Assembly: GCA_947588965.1 (NCBI GenBank)
Contig: CANQAN010000007.1
Coordinates: forward strand, 25,542 to 89,541
DNA: 64,000 bases
Direction: 5' to 3'
Origin: an uncultured Helicobacteraceae bacterium
GTDB taxonomy: Bacteria > Campylobacterota > Campylobacteria > Campylobacterales > Helicobacteraceae
The notes under the pieces were generated by a model. That model was given only the letters and a program-made list of their open reading frames with translations. It was not told the origin of the DNA and made no database searches. Below are positions 1 through 8,926 of this stretch, one piece after another (positions within the stretch are counted from its first letter, which is position 1; each line of letters opens with the position of its first letter). The position numbers were made by a program, and so were the translations under genes.

Positions 1-327
1 GATTCCGTTACTTGCAAGGCGCATTCTTTGTTCATAGACAAATTCTTGAGGAATGAGGATTGTATTATCCTTTGGAATCTTGTAGGGGATTTTGTCTTGT
101 TGGAGCTGCTGAATGATGAGCGCACCATCTTCTGAACTCACACCCTCAAACAACACAGCATAGCCCGGATAGAGGATTCCAGCCTTATTATTGACAGAAT
201 TCCAAATGACAAGTCCAGAAATAAAGCCCACCACGACTACAATCGTGGCTAAAATGACGATCTTTTGCTTTTTGTTGAGCTTTTTGTAGAGGTTTCTGAT
301 TTGTTCAAATAATGCTTTTAAGTCCAA
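1..327 (-). CDS. fliF: Flagellar M-ring protein FliF, N-terminal fragment; the gene continues past the left edge of the window
   Basis: Not in the ORF track because it is truncated. My translation of the minus strand from TTG at 327 gives (M)DLKALFEQIRNLYKKLNKKQKIVILATIVVVVGFISGLVIWNSV..YAVLFEGVSSEDGALIIQQLQQDKIPYKIPKDNTILIPQEFVYEQRMRLASNGI. This is the typical FliF N-terminus: a TM helix, then the YxxLF..L...D...I...L....IPYK....I.VP motif. Confidence 0.75.
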   Translation of the reverse strand, partial: MDLKALFEQIRNLYKKLNKKQKIVILATIVVVVGFISGLVIWNSVNNKAGILYPGYAVLFEGVSSEDGALIIQQLQQDKIPYKIPKDNTILIPQEFVYEQRMRLASNGI

Positions 328-335
328 TGTCTAGC

Positions 336-1436
336 CTACTTTTGAATGTGTGTTTTGAGTAAATTGAGTAACTTTTTATTTTGTGCAGGTGTGCCGATGG
401 TTATGCGCACAGCATTGATTCCATATGAAGCCAAATCTCTAATAATCACTCCTTGTTTGAGTAAAAAATCTGCAATTTCTGTAGAATTAAGGGGACTCTC
501 AAAATAATAAGTGATAAAGTTGGTGTAACTCTCGGTGTAAGAAATCCCACAATCCTTAGCAAATTGCTCAAAAAGTGGCATTTGCTGAAGATTGTTTTGC
601 AGAGTTTTTTGGATGTGCTCTTCATCTTGCAAGGATGCAATTGCTGCAGCAAGAGAGAGGGTTGTGATGTTAAAAGGGGGGCGCAATTTTAAGAGGGCTT
701 GAATGATTTCCGTCTGTGCGATTCCATATCCTACGCGCATACCTCCTAGTCCATAGGCCTTTGAAAATGTTCCTGTGTAAATGACATTAGGAAAGGTTTG
801 TATGAGTGTCGCAGGAGAGAGGGCTTTGCTAGAATCTTTAGCTTTGGCATATTCTTGATAGGCTCCATCAATGACAACAAGACAATCTGAATCAATATGA
901 CCTAAAAAGTCAAAAATCTCTTCTGCACTCAAACACTCTCCCAGCGGATTGTTAGGGACACAGAGGAAGATGATCGCAGGATTGTGCGTGTGGTAGGCTT
1001 CTAGGAATTCTTTAATGTTGTGTGTGTGAGATTCTGTGCGGATAACCTGTGCGCCCACTGTTTTTGCATAAATTTCATACATGGCAAAAGTAGTTTTTGC
1101 CATAAGAATCTTGCTTGTTTTATGGGCTTTTGCATGGATGCAAAATTCTATAATCTGATCACTTCCGGCTCCGATAATGATTTCTTGTTGTTTGACTTTA
1201 AAGTGTGCGCTAAGCTGCTCTTTTAGGGCATACATAGAATCATCGGGGTAGAGATGGGCATCTCTTGCGTTTTGAATCATGGCTTCTATGGCGCGGGGAC
1301 TTGCGCCTAATGGATTTTCATTTGAAGCAAGTTTGATTACATCTTGCTTAGGGATTCCAAATTCTCTTATGACAAGCTCAATAGGCTTTCCCGCTTCGTA
1401 TGTCTTAATAGAATCTAGCGTCGCATTAAAAGTCAT
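336..1436 (-). CDS. hisC: Histidinol-phosphate aminotransferase
   Basis: 366 aa. Class-II aminotransferase motifs ASNENPLG and FSKAYGLGGMRVGY (PLP lysine region). Length is typical. Confidence 0.92.
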   Translation of the reverse strand: MTFNATLDSIKTYEAGKPIELVIREFGIPKQDVIKLASNENPLGASPRAIEAMIQNARDAHLYPDDSMYALKEQLSAHFKVKQQEIIIGAGSDQIIEFCIHAKAHKTSKILMAKTTFAMYEIYAKTVGAQVIRTESHTHNIKEFLEAYHTHNPAIIFLCVPNNPLGECLSAEEIFDFLGHIDSDCLVVIDGAYQEYAKAKDSSKALSPATLIQTFPNVIYTGTFSKAYGLGGMRVGYGIAQTEIIQALLKLRPPFNITTLSLAAAIASLQDEEHIQKTLQNNLQQMPLFEQFAKDCGISYTESYTNFITYYFESPLNSTEIADFLLKQGVIIRDLASYGINAVRITIGTPAQNKKLLNLLKTHIQK

Positions 1437-1506
1437 CTCTCCACCACCAAAACTTTTTCAAAACTTTTCTGCAATTGTAGCAAAAAAACTCTACAAAATA
1501 GCAAAT

Positions 1507-2943
1507 TTATAAAATCATGCGCATCATATCAATAAATTGATCGATATTGCCCTTTGTTGCATAGTATTTAACACCACTCACTCTTGCGTCTGCTAAGAGC
1601 GTTCCGCTAATATCTTTTGGCGTGATTGCGCAAAATTTCGCACTATGGACAGAATCCCCAAAAACCTCTGTATATTTTTTCATAAAATCCAAGATAGTCA
1701 TTCCCTTCACTTCCCATTCCATGACGATGACATGAAAATCTACAGGCTTTGAAACGATTAAGTGGTTGTGAGGATCATTAGAGGTTGTGATTTGCAAATC
1801 TTTGTCAAAATTTTTGAGGAATTCATAATAACGTTTGCTGTCGTCTTTGCTGTCTTGGATTAAGAGAATGTTTTTTGCAGAGAATGTCTCTAGATATTTT
1901 AAGAGTTCAAAGAGTTTTTTTGTATCATTGCGGATTTTATTGCGATCAAGGCTGTGTAAGAAGTATTTTAAAAAGGTTTTAGAACTGTAAGTTCCGGTGA
2001 TTCCGGCTTTAACAAAAAAGCGTCTCACGCTTTGGCTGCCTTTAGCACGACTCCAAAGGAGTGAATCCAAATCATAAGCCTTAGCATTGAGCAACTTGAT
2101 AAAATCCGCTTTGAGTTGTTTTGTGAGTGGCAAATAGTCCCTTAGAAATTCTTCAAAATATTGTTCAACAAATTCTTCATGTGCCTTTGTGATTTTTTTT
2201 AATTTTTCTTTTTGTTCTGAAAGATAGTGGAGGAGATCCACGTAACGTTTGCGCGTTTTTTTGAGATTTATGAGTTCTTGAGCATAGGATGCGCTCTTTG
2301 TGTCTGTGCGCTTGGCGAAGTGTTCCTCTGCGGCTTTGAGCCCGTTTCCTAATGCGATTTGCTGTGCTGTGGCGCTCTTTATAATAGTCTGTGTGCTTTG
2401 CATGAGTTCTTCGTTTTTGACAAATTCAATTTGACGCGAGAGGAATATCTTTTCATAGGAATATTGTGGGGGGTAAGAGACTTTTTTGATGAAAGAATCG
2501 TATTCTCGATCAAGGGCATTAAGTTCGGATTTTAGGTTGCTTAATGGGAGGTTTTGTATAGTGCTGTCTAATTCAAAGAGATCATTATAAGCAGTCAGCA
2601 AGAAACGTTTAATGCGTAAGAAATCCAGCTCTCTCTCGGAATTAATATCTTTTTCATATTGTTTCATGAGTTCTTCTACATTGCCGAAATATTCGTAAAT
2701 GCAGGACTTGATGCTTTTTGTAAGATGGATGGTGTAGTCTTCTTTTAAGAGTTTTTTGGGGCGCACAAAGCTTACTTTTGATTTGTCATCTGTGAGTTCA
2801 AATTCCACTTCTAAGTTTGGTGCAATCTCTTTGAAATCCGCATCCCACACATCTAAGCTAAATTCAAAGCGCCTTTTATTGTGCGCTTGTTCAATCAAGC
2901 CAATCTTTGCTTCTGCGTTTAATCCGATTAAAAACCCAGTCAT
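1507..2943 (-). CDS. Hypothetical 478-aa protein with a C-terminal receiver-like (pseudo-receiver) domain
   Basis: Long ORF with no family I recognise over residues 1-350 (helical, Lys/Glu-rich). Residues ~357-478 read like a CheY-type receiver: NILLIQDS / FHVIVMEWEVKGMTILDF / FCAITPKD / VKYYATKG. Glu (codon 1717-1719) sits where the phospho-acceptor Asp is expected. Confidence 0.6.
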   Translation of the reverse strand: MTGFLIGLNAEAKIGLIEQAHNKRRFEFSLDVWDADFKEIAPNLEVEFELTDDKSKVSFVRPKKLLKEDYTIHLTKSIKSCIYEYFGNVEELMKQYEKDINSERELDFLRIKRFLLTAYNDLFELDSTIQNLPLSNLKSELNALDREYDSFIKKVSYPPQYSYEKIFLSRQIEFVKNEELMQSTQTIIKSATAQQIALGNGLKAAEEHFAKRTDTKSASYAQELINLKKTRKRYVDLLHYLSEQKEKLKKITKAHEEFVEQYFEEFLRDYLPLTKQLKADFIKLLNAKAYDLDSLLWSRAKGSQSVRRFFVKAGITGTYSSKTFLKYFLHSLDRNKIRNDTKKLFELLKYLETFSAKNILLIQDSKDDSKRYYEFLKNFDKDLQITTSNDPHNHLIVSKPVDFHVIVMEWEVKGMTILDFMKKYTEVFGDSVHSAKFCAITPKDISGTLLADARVSGVKYYATKGNIDQFIDMMRMIL

Positions 2944-3014
2944 GCCTCTTTTTTGCCTTTGCCCTTAGAAAATCAGAATTATAGCAAAATTAGCTCTAGA
3001 ATGGCATAAGGGAT

Positions 3015-3755
3015 TCATACAAGATAGGCAAACAACCCGAAGCGACCACAAGAGGAATCGCTGCGATAGGAAAAATAAGAGGAGTCGCATCTCGTGCAAT
3101 GTGGTGAGATGGTGAAGTTTGTGATGTCTTGTTCTTTAAGCTGTGCTTGAATCATTGCAACAAGATCAAGATAGAGTTTGCCATCCCTTAGTCTTTTGTA
3201 ATCTAAGAAGACAGAATCTCTAAAAATTTCTTCTTGAACTTCATAACAACATGCGCGGATGGAGGGTCCTACAAAGACAAATAAGTCTTGTGCTTTTGTG
3301 TGGAATCTCTCTTTTAAAAGCGCAATGGCTTTTGGGAGGATGCCCTTTTGCAATCCTACACGTCCGCCATGCAGGAGTATCAAAATATGTTGTTTTGTGT
3401 CAAAAAGCAGAATCGGATTGCAGTCTGCAACCATAATGAGCCCGATAATTCCCTTTTGTATTATGAGGATTCCATCGCCTTTGCCTAAAAATCCACCTTT
3501 TTGCGCAAAAACGATGGTGTCTCCATGTTCTTGGTCTAAAAATGCGCAATCTTCAAGCAAAAAGGGTGCAATGAGCTGTTGGCGATTCCTTAGGGCTTGC
3601 TCTCTTTCAATATTTGAGAGTTTGCGCGTGTTGAGGGCTGTGGCGATATTGTGCGGGGAATGGCTTAAAAATGCACACATTCCATTGGGCGTATCAAGCA
3701 TGGTTTTTTGTGGAGAATCTTGCTTGGACATTTTTAATTTATAAGGCTTTTCCAA
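3015..3755 (-). CDS. pgeF: Peptidoglycan editing factor PgeF / YfiH (DUF152) family
   Basis: 246 aa. Motifs LLHGGRVG and C-terminal HCTRCDSSYFSYR are characteristic of YfiH/DUF152. The start may be the internal Met at 3731. Confidence 0.85.
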   Translation of the reverse strand: MEKPYKLKMSKQDSPQKTMLDTPNGMCAFLSHSPHNIATALNTRKLSNIEREQALRNRQQLIAPFLLEDCAFLDQEHGDTIVFAQKGGFLGKGDGILIIQKGIIGLIMVADCNPILLFDTKQHILILLHGGRVGLQKGILPKAIALLKERFHTKAQDLFVFVGPSIRACCYEVQEEIFRDSVFLDYKRLRDGKLYLDLVAMIQAQLKEQDITNFTISPHCTRCDSSYFSYRSDSSCGRFGLFAYLV

Positions 3756-4746
3756 TGTATGTGTCGTAGTTTTGCATAATCAAAAAGGCACCCTTTGAGA
3801 TGTCTAAAAGGGGATCTTCAGAGGGGTGGATTTTCATTTTCAACTCTTCTTCTAGGTAGTGTTGCATTCCTTGCATGAGGGCAAGTCCGCCCGTTAGAGT
3901 TGCGCCATCTTCAATCAAATCGGGAGCAATCTGTGGGGGAGCATTGTGAATGGCTTCTAAGATGATGTTTTTAATCTTTTGCATACTGCTTATGATGAGA
4001 GGTTTGAAGTCGTTTAAATGCAATTCATAGGCAATGGGAAGTCCATTTGTGAGGTCTTTTACGCCAATATTTAGAATCGGATTATCTGCAAAAACATTAA
4101 TAGTCTGCTTGATGTTTTCTGCGATGTCTTTGCTGATTCCTATGTTTTTTTTGTGTTTGCAAAAGTCCATAATTAAGTGATCAATAAAATCTCCCGCCTC
4201 TTTTGTAAAAGCGCTTGTTATGAGTCCTCCGAGTGAAATGATGCTCGCTTCAACCAGTCCCCCTCCTGCATCAACAACCATTTTTGCGCGAGGCATATTG
4301 ATATTAAGTCCTGCGCCGACACTCGCGCTAAAGGGATCTTCAATGAGTAAGACATCTTTAGCTCCTGCGAGGATTGTCGCTTCATAGAGGAAATGACGCT
4401 CCACTTGCGTGAGATTCTGCGGGATGCTTATGGCGATGTTTGGAGAGAGAGAGCTTGAATGTCTTGTTTTTTCAATGAGTGATTGCATAAAAATCTTTGT
4501 TGTTTCAAAATCGCCAATGGCACCATTTAAGAGGGGATTTATGACTTGAATCTCGGGAGGGACGCGTCCTTGCATTTTTTTTGCGCTATTGCCAATGGCA
4601 ATAACTTTTGGTGTGCCGTATCCACTCTCTATGGCGATACAGGTCGCTTCATAAAAGAGAATCCCATCTGTACTATCGCGCACAATTGTATTAGTCGTCC
4701 CTAAATCAATTGCAATATCATCTCTCTCAAACAAGCCCATACTCAC
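3739..4746 (-). CDS. MreB/Mbl-family actin-like ATPase, divergent paralogue
   Basis: 335 aa. Actin-fold motifs are present: DIAIDLGTTNTIV (phosphate 1), VVDAGGGLVEASIISLGG (phosphate 2) and ATLTGGLALMQGM (adenosine). It is collinear with MreB but clearly more divergent than canonical Helicobacter MreB, and no mreC is adjacent. Confidence 0.75.
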   Translation of the reverse strand: MSMGLFERDDIAIDLGTTNTIVRDSTDGILFYEATCIAIESGYGTPKVIAIGNSAKKMQGRVPPEIQVINPLLNGAIGDFETTKIFMQSLIEKTRHSSSLSPNIAISIPQNLTQVERHFLYEATILAGAKDVLLIEDPFSASVGAGLNINMPRAKMVVDAGGGLVEASIISLGGLITSAFTKEAGDFIDHLIMDFCKHKKNIGISKDIAENIKQTINVFADNPILNIGVKDLTNGLPIAYELHLNDFKPLIISSMQKIKNIILEAIHNAPPQIAPDLIEDGATLTGGLALMQGMQHYLEEELKMKIHPSEDPLLDISKGAFLIMQNYDTYIGKAL

Positions 4747-4844
4747 TGCCCAACCCGTTAATTTTTAGAATTATACACTATAAATGTTTATTGTGACACG
4801 CTTTTGTTATAATTTTGTTTTGATAAAGAGATAAAGGAAGTTTA

Positions 4845-6065
4845 ATGATTGTTTGGACTGCTTATGGATTGTTTTTAACATTGCCGAAATTGCTTTTGTC
4901 ATTTTTGCAGTTGAGATTCTTGCAACAAGAGAGTTCTAAGAAGCCCTATATTTTGACAAAAGAAAATTTCATAAAAGCCGCAGAATATGCAAACATTAAG
5001 GAAAAAATTGCAATCTTAAATGTTATTTTAGACTTTATATTGACGGGTTTTTGGCTCTTGTATGGATTTTCTACGCTTGATGCTTGGCTGGATTTGATCC
5101 CACTTTTTAAAGCGGTGGTTTTTGTGCTGTGCTATTTGGTTGTGTCGTTTTTGCTAGGGTTGCCTTTGAGTGCCTATGAGACATTGGTTCTAGATAAGAG
5201 ATTTGGCTTCGCAAAGGGGGGTGTGAAGTTGTTTGTGCTGGATTCTTTAAAGTCTTTTGTCCTCTTAATTTTAATTGGTGGAATCCTCATTTTTGTGTTT
5301 AGTTTTATCATTATTAATGTCGCACAATGGGAGTTGTATGCCTTTATTTTAGGGAGTGTTTTGATTGTCTCTGTGAATGTTTTATATCCGCTGTTGATCG
5401 CGCGCATGTTTAATAAATTCACTCCCTTGCAAGATGGTACATTGAAAGATTCCATTAATGCGCTTTTAGAGCGCGTTGGCTTTAAAAGTAATGGTGTTTT
5501 TGTCATGGATGCTTCAAGGAGAGATGGGAGGCTCAATGCGTATTTCGCAGGGCTTGGAAGCGCAAAGCGCGTGATTTTGTTTGACACACTGCTAGAGAAA
5601 GTCCCTAAAGATTCCATCTTGGCAGTTTTAGGGCATGAGCTTGGGCATTTTAAACATTATGATATTTATAAAATGATGGCTTTAGTTGTCGGATTTTTCG
5701 GATTCTTGCTGTTTTTAATCGCACAGATTCCACAAGCGTTTTTTGAAATGTTACATTTAGAAGCAAACGCACATAGTCTCATTGTGATTTTGTTTGTATT
5801 GAGCTCACCTGTTGGATTTTATTTTATGTTACTTGTGAATTTTTTGAGTTGTAAAAATGAGTTTAATGCTGATAAATTTGGTGCGCACCTCACAAGTGCG
5901 GAGAGTCTTGCAAAGGCTCTTTTGATTCTTGTAAAAGAGAACAACGCCTTTCCCTTAGCGCATCCTTTGTTTATGCGCTTTTATTACAGTCATCCTCCCT
6001 TAATGGCACGGCTGATTGCACTTGAATGCAAAGAATTAGGGGAGAGTACAGACATTGCGGATTAA
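4845..6065 (+). CDS. M48-family (Ste24/HtpX-like) integral-membrane zinc metalloprotease
   Basis: 406 aa with multiple hydrophobic helices. HExxH motif GHELGHFKH and a C-terminal ...NAFP...HP... region typical of M48 peptidases. Confidence 0.88.
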   Translation: MIVWTAYGLFLTLPKLLLSFLQLRFLQQESSKKPYILTKENFIKAAEYANIKEKIAILNVILDFILTGFWLLYGFSTLDAWLDLIPLFKAVVFVLCYLVVSFLLGLPLSAYETLVLDKRFGFAKGGVKLFVLDSLKSFVLLILIGGILIFVFSFIIINVAQWELYAFILGSVLIVSVNVLYPLLIARMFNKFTPLQDGTLKDSINALLERVGFKSNGVFVMDASRRDGRLNAYFAGLGSAKRVILFDTLLEKVPKDSILAVLGHELGHFKHYDIYKMMALVVGFFGFLLFLIAQIPQAFFEMLHLEANAHSLIVILFVLSSPVGFYFMLLVNFLSCKNEFNADKFGAHLTSAESLAKALLILVKENNAFPLAHPLFMRFYYSHPPLMARLIALECKELGESTDIAD

Positions 6066-6891
6066 AGAAGTCTTAGAATCGGGCGTGAAAATTTTGCAAA
6101 AAAGCGGAATCGCACGACCGCGCCTTGAGGCGGAGATTCTGCTGTCTTTTGTTTTGAAGTGTGTGCGCACGGATTTGCATTGCCACTCTTTTGAGAATGT
6201 GGATGCGTTTTTTGCAGAATCCTTTATGCGACTTATTGCAAGACGTAGCGCCTTTGAGCCACTTGAATACCTCACAGAGAGCGTGAGCTTCTATGGAGAG
6301 GAACTCTATATCTCTTATGGCGCACTCATTCCCAGACCAGAGACGGAGATTTTGGTACAGAAATCTCTAGAGATTATTTCTGAAAATCCCTGTAAAAACA
6401 TCGCAGAAATCGGTATTGGTAGTGGCGCGATTAGTGTGATACTCTCTTGTCACACGAGGGATTTGGATCTCTCTTACTTTGCGAGTGATATTTCACCTGA
6501 GGCTCTGTTTAACGCCTATGTGAATAAGGTGAAATTTAATGCTAGGAATTTGAGATTGTATCGCAGTGCGTATTTAGATTTTAATAAAAATTTAGGGCTT
6601 AAATTTGATCTCTTAGTCTCTAATCCTCCCTATATTAAAGAGGGGGAAAAACTGCCAGAATCCCTAAAATACGAGCCACAAAAGGCTCTCTTTGGGGGAG
6701 TGAGAGGGGATGAGATTTTGCTTCATATCATCTCTCTTGCCTCTGCAGAAAAGATTTCTTTCTTACTATGTGAAATGGGTTCTAATCAGCGCAAAAGCGT
6801 GGAATCCTTTATGCGAAAGATTCCACACAAGTCTTTGGAATTTTATAAGGATTTAGCGGGACTTGATCGGGGTTTTGTTGTGAGATTCTAG
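6055..6891 (+). CDS. prmC: Peptide chain release factor N5-glutamine methyltransferase
   Basis: 278 aa. SAM motif EIGIGSGAIS and catalytic VSNPPYI (NPPY). TTG start overlaps the M48 gene end by 11 nt. Confidence 0.9.
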   Translation: MRIKEVLESGVKILQKSGIARPRLEAEILLSFVLKCVRTDLHCHSFENVDAFFAESFMRLIARRSAFEPLEYLTESVSFYGEELYISYGALIPRPETEILVQKSLEIISENPCKNIAEIGIGSGAISVILSCHTRDLDLSYFASDISPEALFNAYVNKVKFNARNLRLYRSAYLDFNKNLGLKFDLLVSNPPYIKEGEKLPESLKYEPQKALFGGVRGDEILLHIISLASAEKISFLLCEMGSNQRKSVESFMRKIPHKSLEFYKDLAGLDRGFVVRF

Positions 6892-8270
6892 CTTGAGTGA
6901 GAATCTTGCGTGTGTGTTGTTATGTGTTCTTTGGTATAGATGTTTTCAATGTCTTGCAAAATCTTGTGCAGTTTTTTGAGTAATTTTGAAGCACTAAGAA
7001 GTTGCTCACCTGATTGGATTGCCATGTCTTCGCCTAAATGGATTGCGTTTTCTATTTCTTGGCGCTTTTTGTCATTGATTTGGATTTGTTGGAGTTTCTC
7101 ATAAATGGCATCACGAATGTTATTGACTTCTTCGCTAATAGTCTCACTCAATTGAATGGCTTGATTGGAAGTTTCTTGTGTGAGTTCAATTTGCTGGAGG
7201 AAATGCGAGATGTTTTGTGAAGCGATGGACAATTCACTTGTACCTTTGATTTGAATCTCTTTGGCGAGGCTTGATTGTGGTTTTTTGCTTACTAGGAGTT
7301 CTGTTTTATGCAAGAATGCATTGATATTCTTGCGGATACTTAAGAGATGATAAAGGGAATAGATGGCTAATAAAAACATAATAAAGGCTGCGACATATTG
7401 GAATTTCTCTAAATAAGTTCTTGAGTGTATGGAAAGATCGGAATATAATCCCACCAACCAATCAATTTCGTTGAGAAGTTCTGTGTTTTGTTGTGTGATT
7501 TTGCGCATGTTTTGGATGATATTTTCTTGTGTTTTTAAAATATTATCAATGTGTGGAGAGTAGAGCAACCAAAATGCATAGGCTTCGTTGATAGCAGAAG
7601 AGAGTTGTGGAATCTTTTTGTAGGTTTGATTGCGATAGAAGTCGTTGATTATGGCATTGTAGAGATTGTAACTTTCTTTAAAGCCTTTGTAGGCAGAATC
7701 ATCCCAATTGTTAATGTAATACATAAGCGCATAAGCCATGTTTTGCGTCAGCATTCTTTGTCGTCCTGCATCATCAATGAGTTTTGCGGACATGTTTTGA
7801 TTCACCATAGCCTTGACGATTCTGTCTGAAAGATCCAGCATCTTAAGATTGTTTTCATAGAAAAAACTCCTGTCCTCATAGAGCACACTTGTTGTGTTTT
7901 TAAAACTTTTAACCAATGTTTTGAATTCTTCCCATTTTGCGCTTATGAGATTGAGTTTTGTTGTGATAATCTCGCGATTTTGTGTGCTGATATTTCTTTT
8001 TATATCGCCAAAGCGCAAGAGGGAGAGGTTGTCCTCAAATTCTTGTATGGAGGCGTCAAGCTCGGTGTAGTCTTTAATGTTTTGTGTGTTAATAATGAGT
8101 GTTTCCTTTGTGATTTTTTGTGTAAGCATTCGTTCCTTTCCTGCGATATTGATGATGTAGGCATCTTGTAGGCTACGTTTATTGATAAGAATCACAGAAA
8201 AAACCATAATTGCAGTGCAGAGTGTTGTCAAAACTCCAATCACAATGAGTCGCGTTACAATTTTTGTCAT
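6888..8270 (-). CDS. Membrane sensor with a double PilJ/NarX P-box-like periplasmic domain plus a HAMP-like region and coiled coil; no recognisable output domain
   Basis: 460 aa. TM1 at residues ~5-29. Two copies of AG(K/R)(E/Q)RMLTQ, at residues 43-52 (nt 8115-8144) and 168-177 (nt 7740-7769). TM2 at residues ~291-312. A HAMP-like IKGTSELSIASQNISHFLQQI is followed by a ~110-aa heptad-rich tail. I see no His-kinase H-box or ATPase motifs and no MCP [14 protein letters not shown] core. Confidence 0.7.
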   Translation of the reverse strand: MTKIVTRLIVIGVLTTLCTAIMVFSVILINKRSLQDAYIINIAGKERMLTQKITKETLIINTQNIKDYTELDASIQEFEDNLSLLRFGDIKRNISTQNREIITTKLNLISAKWEEFKTLVKSFKNTTSVLYEDRSFFYENNLKMLDLSDRIVKAMVNQNMSAKLIDDAGRQRMLTQNMAYALMYYINNWDDSAYKGFKESYNLYNAIINDFYRNQTYKKIPQLSSAINEAYAFWLLYSPHIDNILKTQENIIQNMRKITQQNTELLNEIDWLVGLYSDLSIHSRTYLEKFQYVAAFIMFLLAIYSLYHLLSIRKNINAFLHKTELLVSKKPQSSLAKEIQIKGTSELSIASQNISHFLQQIELTQETSNQAIQLSETISEEVNNIRDAIYEKLQQIQINDKKRQEIENAIHLGEDMAIQSGEQLLSASKLLKKLHKILQDIENIYTKEHITTHTQDSHSS

Positions 8271-8278
8271 TTTTTGTC

Positions 8279-8926
8279 CTATTTAAAATATTTTTTGAGC
8301 TTTTGGGCATCTAGGATTTGAATCTTTCCCTGCGCGTCTGTTGTCAGAATCATATCGCGATGCAATTTTTTTAGAATCCTTGAGAGCGTTTCGGGTTGAA
8401 TATTTAAAAGAGCTGCATTTTCTTGCTTTTTTCGCATATTGAAAAGTTCAAGTTGATAGAATAATGTGTGAGTGACTTTTGCCGTGCTGTCAAAGACGAG
8501 TTCCCTTTGAATCACTTCTTTAAAGAGCTTGAACTTTCTTTGCATACTTTGAAAAAAGAGCGCAAGAATTTTTGGATGTGTCTCTGTGATTTCAAGGAGT
8601 GTTTTAGTATTAAAGCAAGCGATTTTAGAATCTTTCGTGCATTCTAATGTTGCAAAGCTCATGCAATCATCATTCAATGGAAAGTCAGTCAAAAGCCCTG
8701 ATTCTAGAATTCCTAAGATAATCTCATTTTCAAAGCGACTGACTTTGTAGAGTTTCACGGCACCATCTAGTAGAAAATACAAAGAATCTGTGCTGTCCCC
8801 CTCATAGAGAATGATTTCTTTTGCTTGAAACGTCTTTAGGGTTGCGATCTCTTGGAGAGTGAGCGCGTCTGCTTCTGTGAGCTGATTGAAAGGAGCAAAA
8901 GAAGTGAGATTTTCAAAAGTCTGCAA
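8279..8926 (-). CDS. Crp/Fnr-family transcriptional regulator, lacking the Fnr Cys cluster
   Basis: 215 aa. N-terminal cNMP-binding-like beta-roll (ILYEGDSTDSLYFLLDGAVKLYK). C-terminal HTH (LLNIQPETLSRILKKLHRDMIL). There is no N-terminal Cys cluster. Confidence 0.88.
   Translation of the reverse strand: MQTFENLTSFAPFNQLTEADALTLQEIATLKTFQAKEIILYEGDSTDSLYFLLDGAVKLYKVSRFENEIILGILESGLLTDFPLNDDCMSFATLECTKDSKIACFNTKTLLEITETHPKILALFFQSMQRKFKLFKEVIQRELVFDSTAKVTHTLFYQLELFNMRKKQENAALLNIQPETLSRILKKLHRDMILTTDAQGKIQILDAQKLKKYFK

Noticed and set aside
3259-3744. 161-aa antisense ORF inside pgeF. Similar long shadow ORFs occur at 5174-5617, 38405-38755, 39414-39776, 47373-47783 and 30163-30516.
   Set aside because: All lie opposite genes with strong family motifs and have Cys/Ser/Arg-rich, low-complexity translations typical of antisense frames. 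There is no independent support.
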